Shown: positions 1 to 8,836 of the stretch, piece by piece
Numbering within the stretch: the stretch's first letter is position 1
Layout: each line of letters opens with the position of its first letter
Origin: a virus
IMG/VR virus record: IMGVR_UViG_3300028024_000077
Location: 8,341-72,340 of that record
DNA: 64,000 nt
Direction: 5' to 3' (one strand)
Notes under the pieces: generated by a model
The model's database searches: none
What the model saw: the letters and a program-made list of their open reading frames with translations, nothing else
Told to the model about the DNA's origin: nothing
Made by a program: the position numbers and the translations under genes

Positions 1-1
1 C

Positions 2-2293
2 TTCCTGCTCGTGCAGGATCTTGTCCGGTGGAGCAAGTCGCAGGGCATTCTGGTCGGGCCCGGTCGCGGCTCCGTCGGCGGCTCGCTGATCGCCTATTTG
101 ATGGGCATCACGGACGTTGACCCTATCCGCTTCAACCTGCTGTTCGAGCGCTTCATCAATCCCGACCGCCTCGATTTGCCCGACGCCGACTTGGACTTCA
201 TGTCCGCTCGCCGGCACGAGGTCATCAAATACCTGGTCGAGAAATACGGCGCCGACAAGGTCGCAGGTATCTCGAATTACGGCACGCTGGCGTCAGCATC
301 GGCGCTGCGCGACGTGGCGCGCGTCTACGGCGAGGATCTGAAGGAAATGACCTTCACGAAGCTCGTCCCCAAGGAACACGGCAAGTCGGTTTCCCTGGAG
401 GAAGCCGCCAAAGCGATCCCCGATATCGACAAATACCGCCTGGCGAAGCCGGATATCTGGAAGCACGCCACCAAGCTGGAAGGGGCAATGCGCTCCTACG
501 GCCGGCATGCCGCTGGCATCGTCGTGGGCGGTGTCCCGCTGATCGAGCGCGCCGTGGTCGAAAGCCGGCAGGGTGAGCCGACCGTCAATTGGGACAAGCG
601 CGTCGTCGAAGACATGGGGCTGGTTAAAATGGACATTCTGGGTCTATCGACCCTGGACGTTCTCGACCACTGCATCAAGCATATCTGGAAGCGGCACACG
701 AAGCACATCGACCTGCTATCCTTGCCGATCGATGACGAGCGCGTCCTGAATGCCTTCGGGAAGGGCGACACCATCGGCATCTTCCAGTTCGAAAGCGGCG
801 GCATGAAAAAGCTGCTGAAGGATCTTGCTTTCGGCGGCCCGCTGACCTTCGAAGACCTCTCGGCCGCCACGGCGCTCTATCGACCGGGTCCGATGGACTC
901 CGGCCTGCTTGACGAATACGTGGCGATTAAGCAAGGCGTCGGTGAGCCCAGCTATGAGCATCCCAACATGAAGCCGGCCCTGGAGGCGACTTACGGCGTC
1001 ATGGTCTATCAGGAGCAAGTCATGCAGCTTGCCCGAGACCTCGCCGGCATGACCTTTACCGAGTCCGACCATCTCCGCAAAGCGATGGGCAAGAAGGACA
1101 AGGATAAGATGGCCGAGCAGCGCGGCAAATGGGTTGACGGCTGCCAGAGCCATTCCGGCATGTCCGAGAAATCAGCCCAGGAGCTATTCGACAAGATCGA
1201 GCTGTTCGCCGGCTACGCCTTCAACCGCAGCCACTCGGTCGAATATTCGCTGATCTCCTACATCGCTATGTGGCTGAAGGTCTATTACCCGATCGAATTC
1301 TATGCCGCGTCGATGACGATCATGGATGAGGACAAAATACCTGGGATCTTGGCTGACGCGAAGTCCCGAGGCATCGTGGTCATGCCGCCGGATATCAACG
1401 AGTCCTCTGGCATCTTTGAGATCCTGAACGACAAGACGCTCCTGATCCCATTCAACCGGCTCAAGGGCATTTCGGACAATACGACGGGCGCCATCCTGTT
1501 CGCGCGCAGTGAGGGCGGCAAGTTCAAGGACAAAGCCGACTTCATCACGCGGGTCGAAAAGCGCCGCTGCAACATCCGTCACCAAGAAATTCTCGATCGC
1601 ATTGGTGCCTTTGCCCGCATCGAGCCCGGCCAGCTACCCTCGACCCACGAAAGCCGTCTCAAGGATCAGATCGAGCTACTGCCAGGTTTGACCGTGCAGG
1701 CGGTCAAAGTCAGCCGCGACATGGTGACGAGCCCCTTCGCCAAGGTCAGGCTCAATGCGCTGGTCGAGGAATGGCGGAGCTGCAAGAACTGCTTGCTGGC
1801 CGGCGGGTGTCACCCGAAGCCCTTCCTCGGCAAAGAGCCCAAGTTCATGGTCGTCACCGACGGCCCGAGCTGGACGGAAGAAGAAAATGACCGCATTGCA
1901 ATGGGCAGCTCGTTTAGCTACGTGCATGAAGCGATGCTAGTTGCCGAGCTGGCCAAAAAGGATGCCTATTTCACGACCCTGATCAAGTCACCCAAGCCGG
2001 AAGGGGAGAAGTTCTTCCCGAACGAGGTTCTCAAGGCTTGCCCGTCTTATCTGGATCGCGAGATCGAGATCCTGAAACCGCCACTGATTGTGGCCCTGGG
2101 TAGCAATGCTGCCCGGCATTTCGTTCCCGAGTTGAAGGGCGGCGTCGCTGAACACAATGGTATGCTGCACTACAGCCGCGAACTCGATGCCACGATCATC
2201 ATTGGAATTTCGCCTGGCATGATCGCGTTCGACGGTGGTAAGCAAAGGCTGTTGAACGACGTTTTCATGAAGGCAAAGGAACTGTTGGAGTGA
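2..2293 (+). CDS. dnaE: DNA polymerase III alpha subunit (C-family), 5'-truncated by window edge, with C-terminal uracil-DNA-glycosylase-like domain
   Basis: GPGRGSVGGSL, FERFINPDR..PDADLDF, GRHAAGIVV, KMDILGL, GIFQFES, YAFNRSH motifs; frame open from base 2; last ~180 aa resemble family-4 UDG. Confidence 0.97.
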   Translation, partial: FLLVQDLVRWSKSQGILVGPGRGSVGGSLIAYLMGITDVDPIRFNLLFERFINPDRLDLPDADLDFMSARRHEVIKYLVEKYGADKVAGISNYGTLASASALRDVARVYGEDLKEMTFTKLVPKEHGKSVSLEEAAKAIPDIDKYRLAKPDIWKHATKLEGAMRSYGRHAAGIVVGGVPLIERAVVESRQGEPTVNWDKRVVEDMGLVKMDILGLSTLDVLDHCIKHIWKRHTKHIDLLSLPIDDERVLNAFGKGDTIGIFQFESGGMKKLLKDLAFGGPLTFEDLSAATALYRPGPMDSGLLDEYVAIKQGVGEPSYEHPNMKPALEATYGVMVYQEQVMQLARDLAGMTFTESDHLRKAMGKKDKDKMAEQRGKWVDGCQSHSGMSEKSAQELFDKIELFAGYAFNRSHSVEYSLISYIAMWLKVYYPIEFYAASMTIMDEDKIPGILADAKSRGIVVMPPDINESSGIFEILNDKTLLIPFNRLKGISDNTTGAILFARSEGGKFKDKADFITRVEKRRCNIRHQEILDRIGAFARIEPGQLPSTHESRLKDQIELLPGLTVQAVKVSRDMVTSPFAKVRLNALVEEWRSCKNCLLAGGCHPKPFLGKEPKFMVVTDGPSWTEEENDRIAMGSSFSYVHEAMLVAELAKKDAYFTTLIKSPKPEGEKFFPNEVLKACPSYLDREIEILKPPLIVALGSNAARHFVPELKGGVAEHNGMLHYSRELDATIIIGISPGMIAFDGGKQRLLNDVFMKAKELLE

Positions 2294-2496
2294 GTTGGGA
2301 GAAACTGTGGGTGTTGATCGGTGGCATTGCTGTCATCGTGATGGGTGGGGGTTACTTCTGGTTCTCGGTCTACCCGGAGGTATATCCGACGAACATCGCC
2401 AAGGCGAACAGGCTGGCGGAATGCGAGGCTACCAGTCCAAACTTCAATCGCTGGAGCGAGAAGTCGCGCGTGTTCTGCTACATTACCACGCCATAA
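2290..2496 (+). CDS. small membrane protein
   Basis: GTG start overlapping dnaE stop; N-terminal hydrophobic helix. Confidence 0.6.
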   Translation: MSWEKLWVLIGGIAVIVMGGGYFWFSVYPEVYPTNIAKANRLAECEATSPNFNRWSEKSRVFCYITTP

Positions 2497-2546
2497 GCCA
2501 CCAGAAGATCGGCACTAACCTGCCGATTTTCTTTTTCCCAAGAAGA

Positions 2547-2564
2547 TAAGTCACTATTTACTTC
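2547..2564. promoter_or_regulatory. 18-bp operator-like site
   Basis: TAAGTCA-CTAT-TTACTTC, intergenic. Confidence 0.75.
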
Positions 2565-2610
2565 ATTTCCCAGACTATAGTTAGTACAGTCGATCTCACG
2601 GAGCAGTTAG

Positions 2611-3093
2611 ATGGAGTTGAAAACTTTCTTTACGCCAGAGGAGCTGAAAGCTGACCTAGCGTTTTCGGATGCGGATCTGCACACGGCCATGATGAAACAG
2701 GCGCCGTTGTTTGCTCACTACGCGTCCATCGCAGCCCGCGCTCAGAAGCAGGCTGACGACATGAAGATGATCCTCGAAATTACCGAGGGCAAAGTGGACA
2801 AGGATCTTCGCAATCAGGCGGCAGCCGCCGGCGAGAAGATCACCGAGGCGTCACTGTCCAAGGCGCTTGTCCGCAGTTCGAAATACGTCGAGGCGCTCCG
2901 GCGCTACAACGACGCAAGGATGATCGCAGACCTGGCGCGCAACGCCTTGGAAGCGTTCAAGCAACGCCGCGACATGCTGGTTCAGATCGGCGTGACGCAG
3001 CGTGAAGAGATGAAGGGCGACCTTCTGATCAAGGCGCGCGAGCGGACTCTCGATGAGAAGAAGGCGGGCGTTTTGGGAAAAGTTAGCGCGTGA
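2611..3093 (+). CDS. helical protein, possibly UvsY-like recombination mediator
   Basis: All-helical, KITEASL...LEAFKQRRDML; sits beside SSB and RecA; family assignment is inference. Confidence 0.55.
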   Translation: MELKTFFTPEELKADLAFSDADLHTAMMKQAPLFAHYASIAARAQKQADDMKMILEITEGKVDKDLRNQAAAAGEKITEASLSKALVRSSKYVEALRRYNDARMIADLARNALEAFKQRRDMLVQIGVTQREEMKGDLLIKARERTLDEKKAGVLGKVSA

Positions 3094-3110
3094 CAATTTC
3101 CTCTTAGAAA

Positions 3111-3128
3111 TAAGTCACCGCTTACTAT
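3111..3128. promoter_or_regulatory. 18-bp operator-like site
   Basis: TAAGTCA-CCGC-TTACTAT upstream of SSB gene. Confidence 0.75.
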
Positions 3129-3203
3129 ATTATAGTTGTGAAAGTAAGTCGCGAATGAGCGGCGAGGTTCACAGTCATTCAAGCGATAAAAGGAAAGCAA
3201 AAG

Positions 3204-4187
3204 ATGGCAAGCACTGCCGAATTACTCGAAAAGATCAAGCAGAAGAAGCAGGCGATCCAGCAGGCTTCGGGCCGCCGGGTCAAGACGCTGAAGCCCACCC
3301 CCGGTAAGAGCCGTTGGCGCATTCTTCCGTCCTGGCGCGGTGATGGGCAGCAGTTCTGGCACGATTTCGGCCAGCACTTCATCAAGAATACCGCTGGCGA
3401 ATTGCAGGCGGTTTACGTCTGCCTCAGCAAGACGTATGGCGATGACCGCCCCTGCGAGGTCTGCAACAGCCTGTCTTCGGCGATCAAGGCTTGTGATGAC
3501 GATACCGTCATCGAGAAGCTGAAGGAAGCGTCCTCGAAGGGCCGCATCCTGCTCAACGCCCTTCACCTCGATGGTGAAGATCCCAAGACGCCGGGTATCC
3601 TGGAACTGACCCCGACCACGTTCGAGAAGTTCCTCGACCTGTTCGCCGAATACGAAGATCTGATGGATCTCGACGCCGGCCGCGACATCATCATCACGCG
3701 CACTGGCTCGGGCCTCAACACCGAATACAGCATCATGGTTGGTGCGAAGACGGTGAAGGTCGATCGCGCAATTCTGCCCAAGCTTCACAACTTGGACGAA
3801 TACGTCGCCCAGGAATACGAGGAGGGCAAGAAGAAGGCCCTCGCGGCGATCGGCAATGTATCCGGTCGTCTCTCGGCAGCCGGCGGCGCTGGTCTGCTCA
3901 CTGGCCCGAAGGGTGGCTCCCGGCCGACCCCGAAGGACGAAGACCTGGATGACGATATCCCTTTTGACGAGTCCTCGCCGATCGGCGGCGAGGTGATCGA
4001 AGGGAAGGCAACGGAAGTGAAGGAGCCGGCGCCGACCCCGCCCAAGGCGGCTTCTGAGACCACTCCCGCGCCGAGCGCCCCGAAGAAACCCGATCCGAAG
4101 CTGGCAGTTGAAGAAGTGCCCGCTGCGGATATCGCAGGGTCTTACTCGGACGCTGAGATCGACGCCTTGCTCGGCGATCTCGACTAA
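3204..4187 (+). CDS. gp32-like single-stranded DNA-binding protein
   Basis: RWRILP, FWHDFGQHF, CEVC, GRDIIITRTGSGLNTEYS core; long acidic, Pro-rich tail. Confidence 0.8.
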   Translation: MASTAELLEKIKQKKQAIQQASGRRVKTLKPTPGKSRWRILPSWRGDGQQFWHDFGQHFIKNTAGELQAVYVCLSKTYGDDRPCEVCNSLSSAIKACDDDTVIEKLKEASSKGRILLNALHLDGEDPKTPGILELTPTTFEKFLDLFAEYEDLMDLDAGRDIIITRTGSGLNTEYSIMVGAKTVKVDRAILPKLHNLDEYVAQEYEEGKKKALAAIGNVSGRLSAAGGAGLLTGPKGGSRPTPKDEDLDDDIPFDESSPIGGEVIEGKATEVKEPAPTPPKAASETTPAPSAPKKPDPKLAVEEVPAADIAGSYSDAEIDALLGDLD

Positions 4188-4189
4188 AC

Positions 4190-4229
4190 GGAGCGGACGC
4201 GGGTCTCCCCAACCCGCGTCCCTCGCTCC
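4190..4229 (+). terminator. stem-loop after SSB gene (terminator or mRNA-stabilising)
   Basis: GGACGCGGGT(4195-4204)/ACCCGCGTCC(4212-4221) perfect 10-bp stem, extended by GGAGCG/CGCTCC; no U tract. Confidence 0.5.
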
Positions 4230-4241
4230 TCAGAGAGCCCC

Positions 4242-5156
4242 ATGAAGCATTATCTCATCATTGACGGCAACAGCATTGGCTTTGCTGCCCACAACACGAC
4301 CGTCCTCACGGTCGCCGGCAAGCAAGTCCAGGCGATCTTTGGCTTTCTCAGGACGGTCAGGAAGATGGTCGAGACCTATGGGTCCGGCGGTGTTCTGATC
4401 CTCTGGGACGGCAAGTCATGGCGCAAGGAAGCCTACTCGTTTTACAAGGCTGACCGAGACAAAGACCCGAAGATCGCTGCGGCGCGAGCGCATTACAAAA
4501 CGCAGCGGCCGTCAATCGCGCGAGCCTGCAAGCTACTCGGTCTCCCCCAGTTGTTCGCTCCCAACCTGGAAGCGGATGATCTCGCCGGGATGCTTGTGCC
4601 GCGCGCCGTTGCAAAGGGCGCCCGCGTAACGATGGCAACCGGCGATCAGGACTGGCTTCAGCTTGTCCAGCCCGGCGTCGTCTGGATGGACTTCGTTCGC
4701 GAGAAGATCGTCACCACCAAGAATTTCCAGGAGTTCACCGGCTACGTGAATGCCGCCGCCTTTTTGCAGGGTAAGGCACTTCGCGGTGACAGCTCCGACA
4801 AAATTCCGGGTGTTGGCGGCATCGGCGAGAAGGGCGCGGCGGAGATGCTGGAGAAGTGGGGCTCTGTTGAGGGGTTTCTTGAAGCCTTCAATGGCGGCAA
4901 GATCGAGAAGCCGGGCAAAAAGCTGGTGACGTTCGCCACGAACGCTGCCGGCGGCGTCGATAACTTCCACCGCAACATGGAGATCATGGATCTCCGCAGT
5001 CCCGCCATCCCAAAGCCGACCAAGTTGCACAAGACCGCCAAGCCGCTCGATGAGGAAGGCTTCACGGAATTCTGCGCTGAGCTGGCTTTCCATTCCATCC
5101 TTCGTGAACTCGACAAGTGGCTGACGCCATTTAAGAAAGGAATTTCCCATGCGTGA
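4242..5156 (+). CDS. 5'-3' exonuclease / flap endonuclease (T4 RNase H, PolA-N family)
   Basis: LIIDGNS, WDGKSWRK..Y..YKADR, EADD, TGDQDWLQL, GDSSDKIPGVGGIGEK. Confidence 0.93.
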   Translation: MKHYLIIDGNSIGFAAHNTTVLTVAGKQVQAIFGFLRTVRKMVETYGSGGVLILWDGKSWRKEAYSFYKADRDKDPKIAAARAHYKTQRPSIARACKLLGLPQLFAPNLEADDLAGMLVPRAVAKGARVTMATGDQDWLQLVQPGVVWMDFVREKIVTTKNFQEFTGYVNAAAFLQGKALRGDSSDKIPGVGGIGEKGAAEMLEKWGSVEGFLEAFNGGKIEKPGKKLVTFATNAAGGVDNFHRNMEIMDLRSPAIPKPTKLHKTAKPLDEEGFTEFCAELAFHSILRELDKWLTPFKKGISHA

Positions 5157-5385
5157 AGCTAAGCAGGCCCGTTTCAAAGAACAGGTCACCGATCGTCTCC
5201 AGCAGATCAAGAAGCAGTTCGAGGCGTTGACGGCGCTCGTGGACAAGAGCCCGGAACTCTACGACGCGGATATCCAGGGCAAGGTTCACTCCTATGTCGC
5301 CGGCGCAAACGACCAGTTGTCGGGCTTCGCCGACAGCCGCCGTGGTCTGCGCTCCAATTCCACTTTCGCCGACGTGACGCTGTAA
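5149..5385 (+). CDS. hypothetical protein
   Basis: ATG overlapping previous gene, in operon. Confidence 0.7.
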   Translation: MREAKQARFKEQVTDRLQQIKKQFEALTALVDKSPELYDADIQGKVHSYVAGANDQLSGFADSRRGLRSNSTFADVTL

Positions 5386-5394
5386 GGAGCAATC

Positions 5395-5667
5395 ATGCAG
5401 TACATTCTCGAAGGGTTGGCCGCCTACGGCCTGATTGGCGCTGTGTTTGCGCTCGCCGTTGCGCGCCGCATCTGGGCGGAGCGCGCTAATCACGTTGCTA
5501 CGCTGTTCGGCCAGATCCTCTGGCTGATCCTGGCGCTGTGGATCGTGGTCGTCATCTGGCCATTCTTCCTCGTGATCATGGTCAAGTCGCTGATCGTCTT
5601 CGTCAAGATGAAGATCTCGGAAGGCTTCTCCAGCGTCGAGGACGACTTCAAGGGCGGGATCAAGTAA
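5395..5667 (+). CDS. membrane protein
   Basis: GGAG SD; two hydrophobic helices; TAATG overlap with recA. Confidence 0.75.
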   Translation: MQYILEGLAAYGLIGAVFALAVARRIWAERANHVATLFGQILWLILALWIVVVIWPFFLVIMVKSLIVFVKMKISEGFSSVEDDFKGGIK

Positions 5668-6698
5668 TGAGCAAGGGCGACGCACTAGCTAAGGCGCTGT
5701 TGAGCGCCATCGGCGACAATGCGGACAATCAAGCGGTGTCGCAATTCATCGACACTGGCTACGCTCCGCTCAATCGCATCATCAGCGGTCGGTATGACGG
5801 CGGCTTGCCATTTGGTCGTTGCGTCGAGATGTTCGGCGCGTCGTCTTCGGGCAAGACCGCGCTCGCAACCGATTGGATGGTCACGGCTCAGAAGATGGGC
5901 GGCGTGGCGATCTTTATCGACTGGGAGCGCTCCTTCAACGTCAATCTGGCGGTGTCGTTCGGCCTCAAAACCGAGCGCCCCTTCTGGATCTACAAGAAGC
6001 CCAAGACGTGGGAAGAGGGCAACACGATTGCCGCCAAGGCGTGTCAGATCATTCGGAACTCCGAGATGATCCCGGCCTCGGCGCCGATCCTGGTAGTCTT
6101 TGACTCGATCGCCGCTGCCCTGCCGAAGTCGATGACTGACAAGGACATCGACGAATACACCATGAACGACACCACCGCATTGGCTCGGGTGACCTCCACG
6201 ACGTTGAAGTCCATGTCGAGCTGGGCGGAGGAGTATAACTCCACGTTCCTCTACTTGAACCAGATCCGGCTCAAGCCGGGCGTGGTGTACGGCAATCCGC
6301 AGACCACCCCCGGCGGCATGGCCATGGAGTTCTATTCGACGGTTCGTCTGTCGCTTGGCCGGACAAAGATCGTCGCGGGCAGCGATAAGGAATTCGTCGG
6401 CCAGAAGATCAATATCAATTGCGTCAAATCGAAGCTGACCAAGCCGTTCCAGGAATGCTCCATGAACCTCATGTTCGATGACGCAGGCACGGCGGTATTC
6501 GACAAGGTGCTCTCCCTGATCGACCACCTGGTCGAAGAGAAAGCTTTGACCATGAGCGGCGCTCGCGTCGCGTGGATCGACGGCAAGACCTTCCACAAGA
6601 GCGAGCTTGCCAAGAAGCTCGTCAAGGAAGGCGCGGTCGCGGAACTGGTCAAGCTGTTGCCGCCCACCGGCGCAGCAGAAAAAGAAGCTGCCGCTTAA
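5667..6698 (+). CDS. recA: RecA/UvsX-like recombinase
   Basis: IDTGYAPLN, GASSSGKT Walker A, VVFDSIAA, FLNQIR, TTPGGMAMEFY; start reset to ATG at 5667. Confidence 0.95.
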   Translation: MSKGDALAKALLSAIGDNADNQAVSQFIDTGYAPLNRIISGRYDGGLPFGRCVEMFGASSSGKTALATDWMVTAQKMGGVAIFIDWERSFNVNLAVSFGLKTERPFWIYKKPKTWEEGNTIAAKACQIIRNSEMIPASAPILVVFDSIAAALPKSMTDKDIDEYTMNDTTALARVTSTTLKSMSSWAEEYNSTFLYLNQIRLKPGVVYGNPQTTPGGMAMEFYSTVRLSLGRTKIVAGSDKEFVGQKININCVKSKLTKPFQECSMNLMFDDAGTAVFDKVLSLIDHLVEEKALTMSGARVAWIDGKTFHKSELAKKLVKEGAVAELVKLLPPTGAAEKEAAA

Positions 6699-6763
6699 TT
6701 TCCTCAATTGACGATTTGGGGTCGAAGCACAATGCTCTACTCTCGAACACTCGGGAGTAGGGC

Positions 6764-7345
6764 ATGGCTTCTTTAAAGCAGATCAAGGCGCGGGTTAAAC
6801 TGGTCGATGGCTACTTCACCTTGGAGACTGTCGTCGAACAGCGGAAGCGCATCAATCTGTGCGACCAATGTGGTCTTGGAGCAAGATGCTCCATTCGATC
6901 AACGGTCGCGAAATTGAACAAGGAAGGCGTGGTAATTCTGCCGGTGAAAACCTGCAAGGAATTTCGGCATCGCATCCCCTTCCAAAGTGAGCGTGGGCTT
7001 ATCAAAGACCGGGTCAATACCTTCCGCATGGGTGCAGCCTGGTCTGGCCGGATCGATCCGGGCAACATCGTCCTCTTGACCAACAGCAAGACCGGCGCGG
7101 TGTATGGCGAGGCGGAAGTGATCGAGAAGCATGTCGGTTCTTTCGAAGAGATGGCGACGGCGCACGCGCTCAATAACCACATGCTGATAGATAGCGGGGA
7201 AGCCGATCCCGTGGAGGCAATGTATACGATCCTGCAAAAGTCCTATGGCCCGCTGTATGTGAGCCGCGACAAGCAGGTATCGGTCATTTACTGGAAGTGG
7301 CTGGGACATGGCGCGGAGCAAGAAGGAGAAGCCCTACAGCGTTGA
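6764..7345 (+). CDS. protein with ASCH/PUA-like C-terminal domain and N-terminal Cys cluster
   Basis: NTFRMG...PGNIVLL...YGEAEV resembles ASCH; CDQC..C...C in N-terminal part. Confidence 0.55.
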   Translation: MASLKQIKARVKLVDGYFTLETVVEQRKRINLCDQCGLGARCSIRSTVAKLNKEGVVILPVKTCKEFRHRIPFQSERGLIKDRVNTFRMGAAWSGRIDPGNIVLLTNSKTGAVYGEAEVIEKHVGSFEEMATAHALNNHMLIDSGEADPVEAMYTILQKSYGPLYVSRDKQVSVIYWKWLGHGAEQEGEALQR

Positions 7346-7706
7346 GCTGATCAAGAGGGGCAGCCGCAAATACGGCGAGATCAGGACATTCCCTGACGGG
7401 CGAACAATCTATGTCGCCTATCGCCGGATGAAAGACATCTTCCGCAACGGCCACAAAACCTACTCTGGCGCCTTCCGCACAAACGAGGCTTTCTGGGCAT
7501 TCGACCTAGACATTCTCCTCAAGATGCGCCACCGCAAAATCCAATTCATTGGCGTACTCGTGAGAGAGAACGACGACCTCTATCTGACGCGCATGGAATG
7601 GGCGTCAGATCCTTCCAAGACACGCCTGGTTCAACGCGGCGGCGTTCTCATGCGGAACGTCCCGTTTGAGCTATTCACCAAAAAACCCGGTGTCGTTCGT
7701 CTGTAA
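7308..7706 (+). CDS. hypothetical protein
   Basis: ATG ORF in operon, basic. Confidence 0.75.
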   Translation: MARSKKEKPYSVELIKRGSRKYGEIRTFPDGRTIYVAYRRMKDIFRNGHKTYSGAFRTNEAFWAFDLDILLKMRHRKIQFIGVLVRENDDLYLTRMEWASDPSKTRLVQRGGVLMRNVPFELFTKKPGVVRL

Positions 7707-7709
7707 AAA

Positions 7710-7727
7710 TAAGTAATCGCTTATTGT
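7710..7727. promoter_or_regulatory. 18-bp operator-like site
   Basis: TAAGTAA-TCGC-TTATTGT upstream of sbcD. Confidence 0.6.
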
Positions 7728-7777
7728 GCTCCCAGTGAGCAAGCGATACAGTCGAGCGACATGATAACGAGGGACAG

Positions 7778-8836
7778 ATGACTAAACCCTACGCAGTTGT
7801 TTCCGACCTGCACATGCACGCATGGTCGCAGTTCTCCAGCATCAACGCTGATGGCACAAATTCCCGATTGACGATCATCTTGGACGAGTTGGAGCGCGCC
7901 GGCGATTACCTGCTGGAGCAGGGCGGCGATCACATCTATGTGGCCGGCGATATGTTCCACGTTCGCGGCAAGATCGAGCCATCTGTCCTTAATCCGACCA
8001 AAGATCGCATCTTGAAGATGCGCAAGAAGGGCATCGAATTTGCCTTCATTCCTGGCAATCACGATCTGGAAGGTAAGGACGCATCGCGTCTTTCGAATGC
8101 CGTCACGGCATTGGAGAGTGATGGCGTCACCATCTGCCAGCAACCTTTGTATTTTGCGGGCAACAGGGTGTTCATGGTGCCTTGGCATTCGAACATCGAG
8201 GAGCTAAAGGCCGAAATCCTCAAGACCGATGCCCACTATCGCAACAGGCTTGATTTGATCATCCATGCGCCGCTGAACGGCGTCATCATGGGCATTCCCG
8301 ATCACGGCCTGGTCGCGGCGGAGGTCGCGGAGTGGGGTTTCAGGCGCGTCTTCTGCGGCCATTACCACAGTCACGTCGAGTTTCCCGGCGGTGTCTATTC
8401 GATCGGCGCGACGACACATCAAACATGGGGTGACGTTGGCTCGAAGGCCGGCTTCCTGGTCGTCTATGAAGATCGCGTCGATTTCCGCGCCAGCCATGCG
8501 CCGGCATTCGTGGATCTCGATCCGCTCGCTGACGAGCTGACCATCCAAAACACGGTCGATGGCAACTATGTCCGCGTGAAGCTCTCCTCGGCGACCGAAG
8601 CCGAGATCAAGGCGATCAAGGAAAGCGTCTTGGAAGCGGGAGCGCGCGGCGTTGTGGTGCATGCCGTCAAGGAAACGGTCTCCATCAAGCGCGAGGGCGT
8701 CGTGAAGGCCGGCGGCGTGTCGCTTAGCCAGTCCGTCAACGATTACGTCAAGGCGAAGTATGCCGGCGAGGACGAGAAGCCGCTGGCGGAACTTTGCGAG
8801 GATATTTTGACCGAGTCCAGGAGCGTCGAGGCATGA
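7778..8836 (+). CDS. sbcD: SbcD/Mre11 (gp47-like) metallophosphoesterase nuclease
   Basis: SDLH, AGDMFH, PGNHD, GHYH motifs. Confidence 0.93.
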   Translation: MTKPYAVVSDLHMHAWSQFSSINADGTNSRLTIILDELERAGDYLLEQGGDHIYVAGDMFHVRGKIEPSVLNPTKDRILKMRKKGIEFAFIPGNHDLEGKDASRLSNAVTALESDGVTICQQPLYFAGNRVFMVPWHSNIEELKAEILKTDAHYRNRLDLIIHAPLNGVIMGIPDHGLVAAEVAEWGFRRVFCGHYHSHVEFPGGVYSIGATTHQTWGDVGSKAGFLVVYEDRVDFRASHAPAFVDLDPLADELTIQNTVDGNYVRVKLSSATEAEIKAIKESVLEAGARGVVVHAVKETVSIKREGVVKAGGVSLSQSVNDYVKAKYAGEDEKPLAELCEDILTESRSVEA

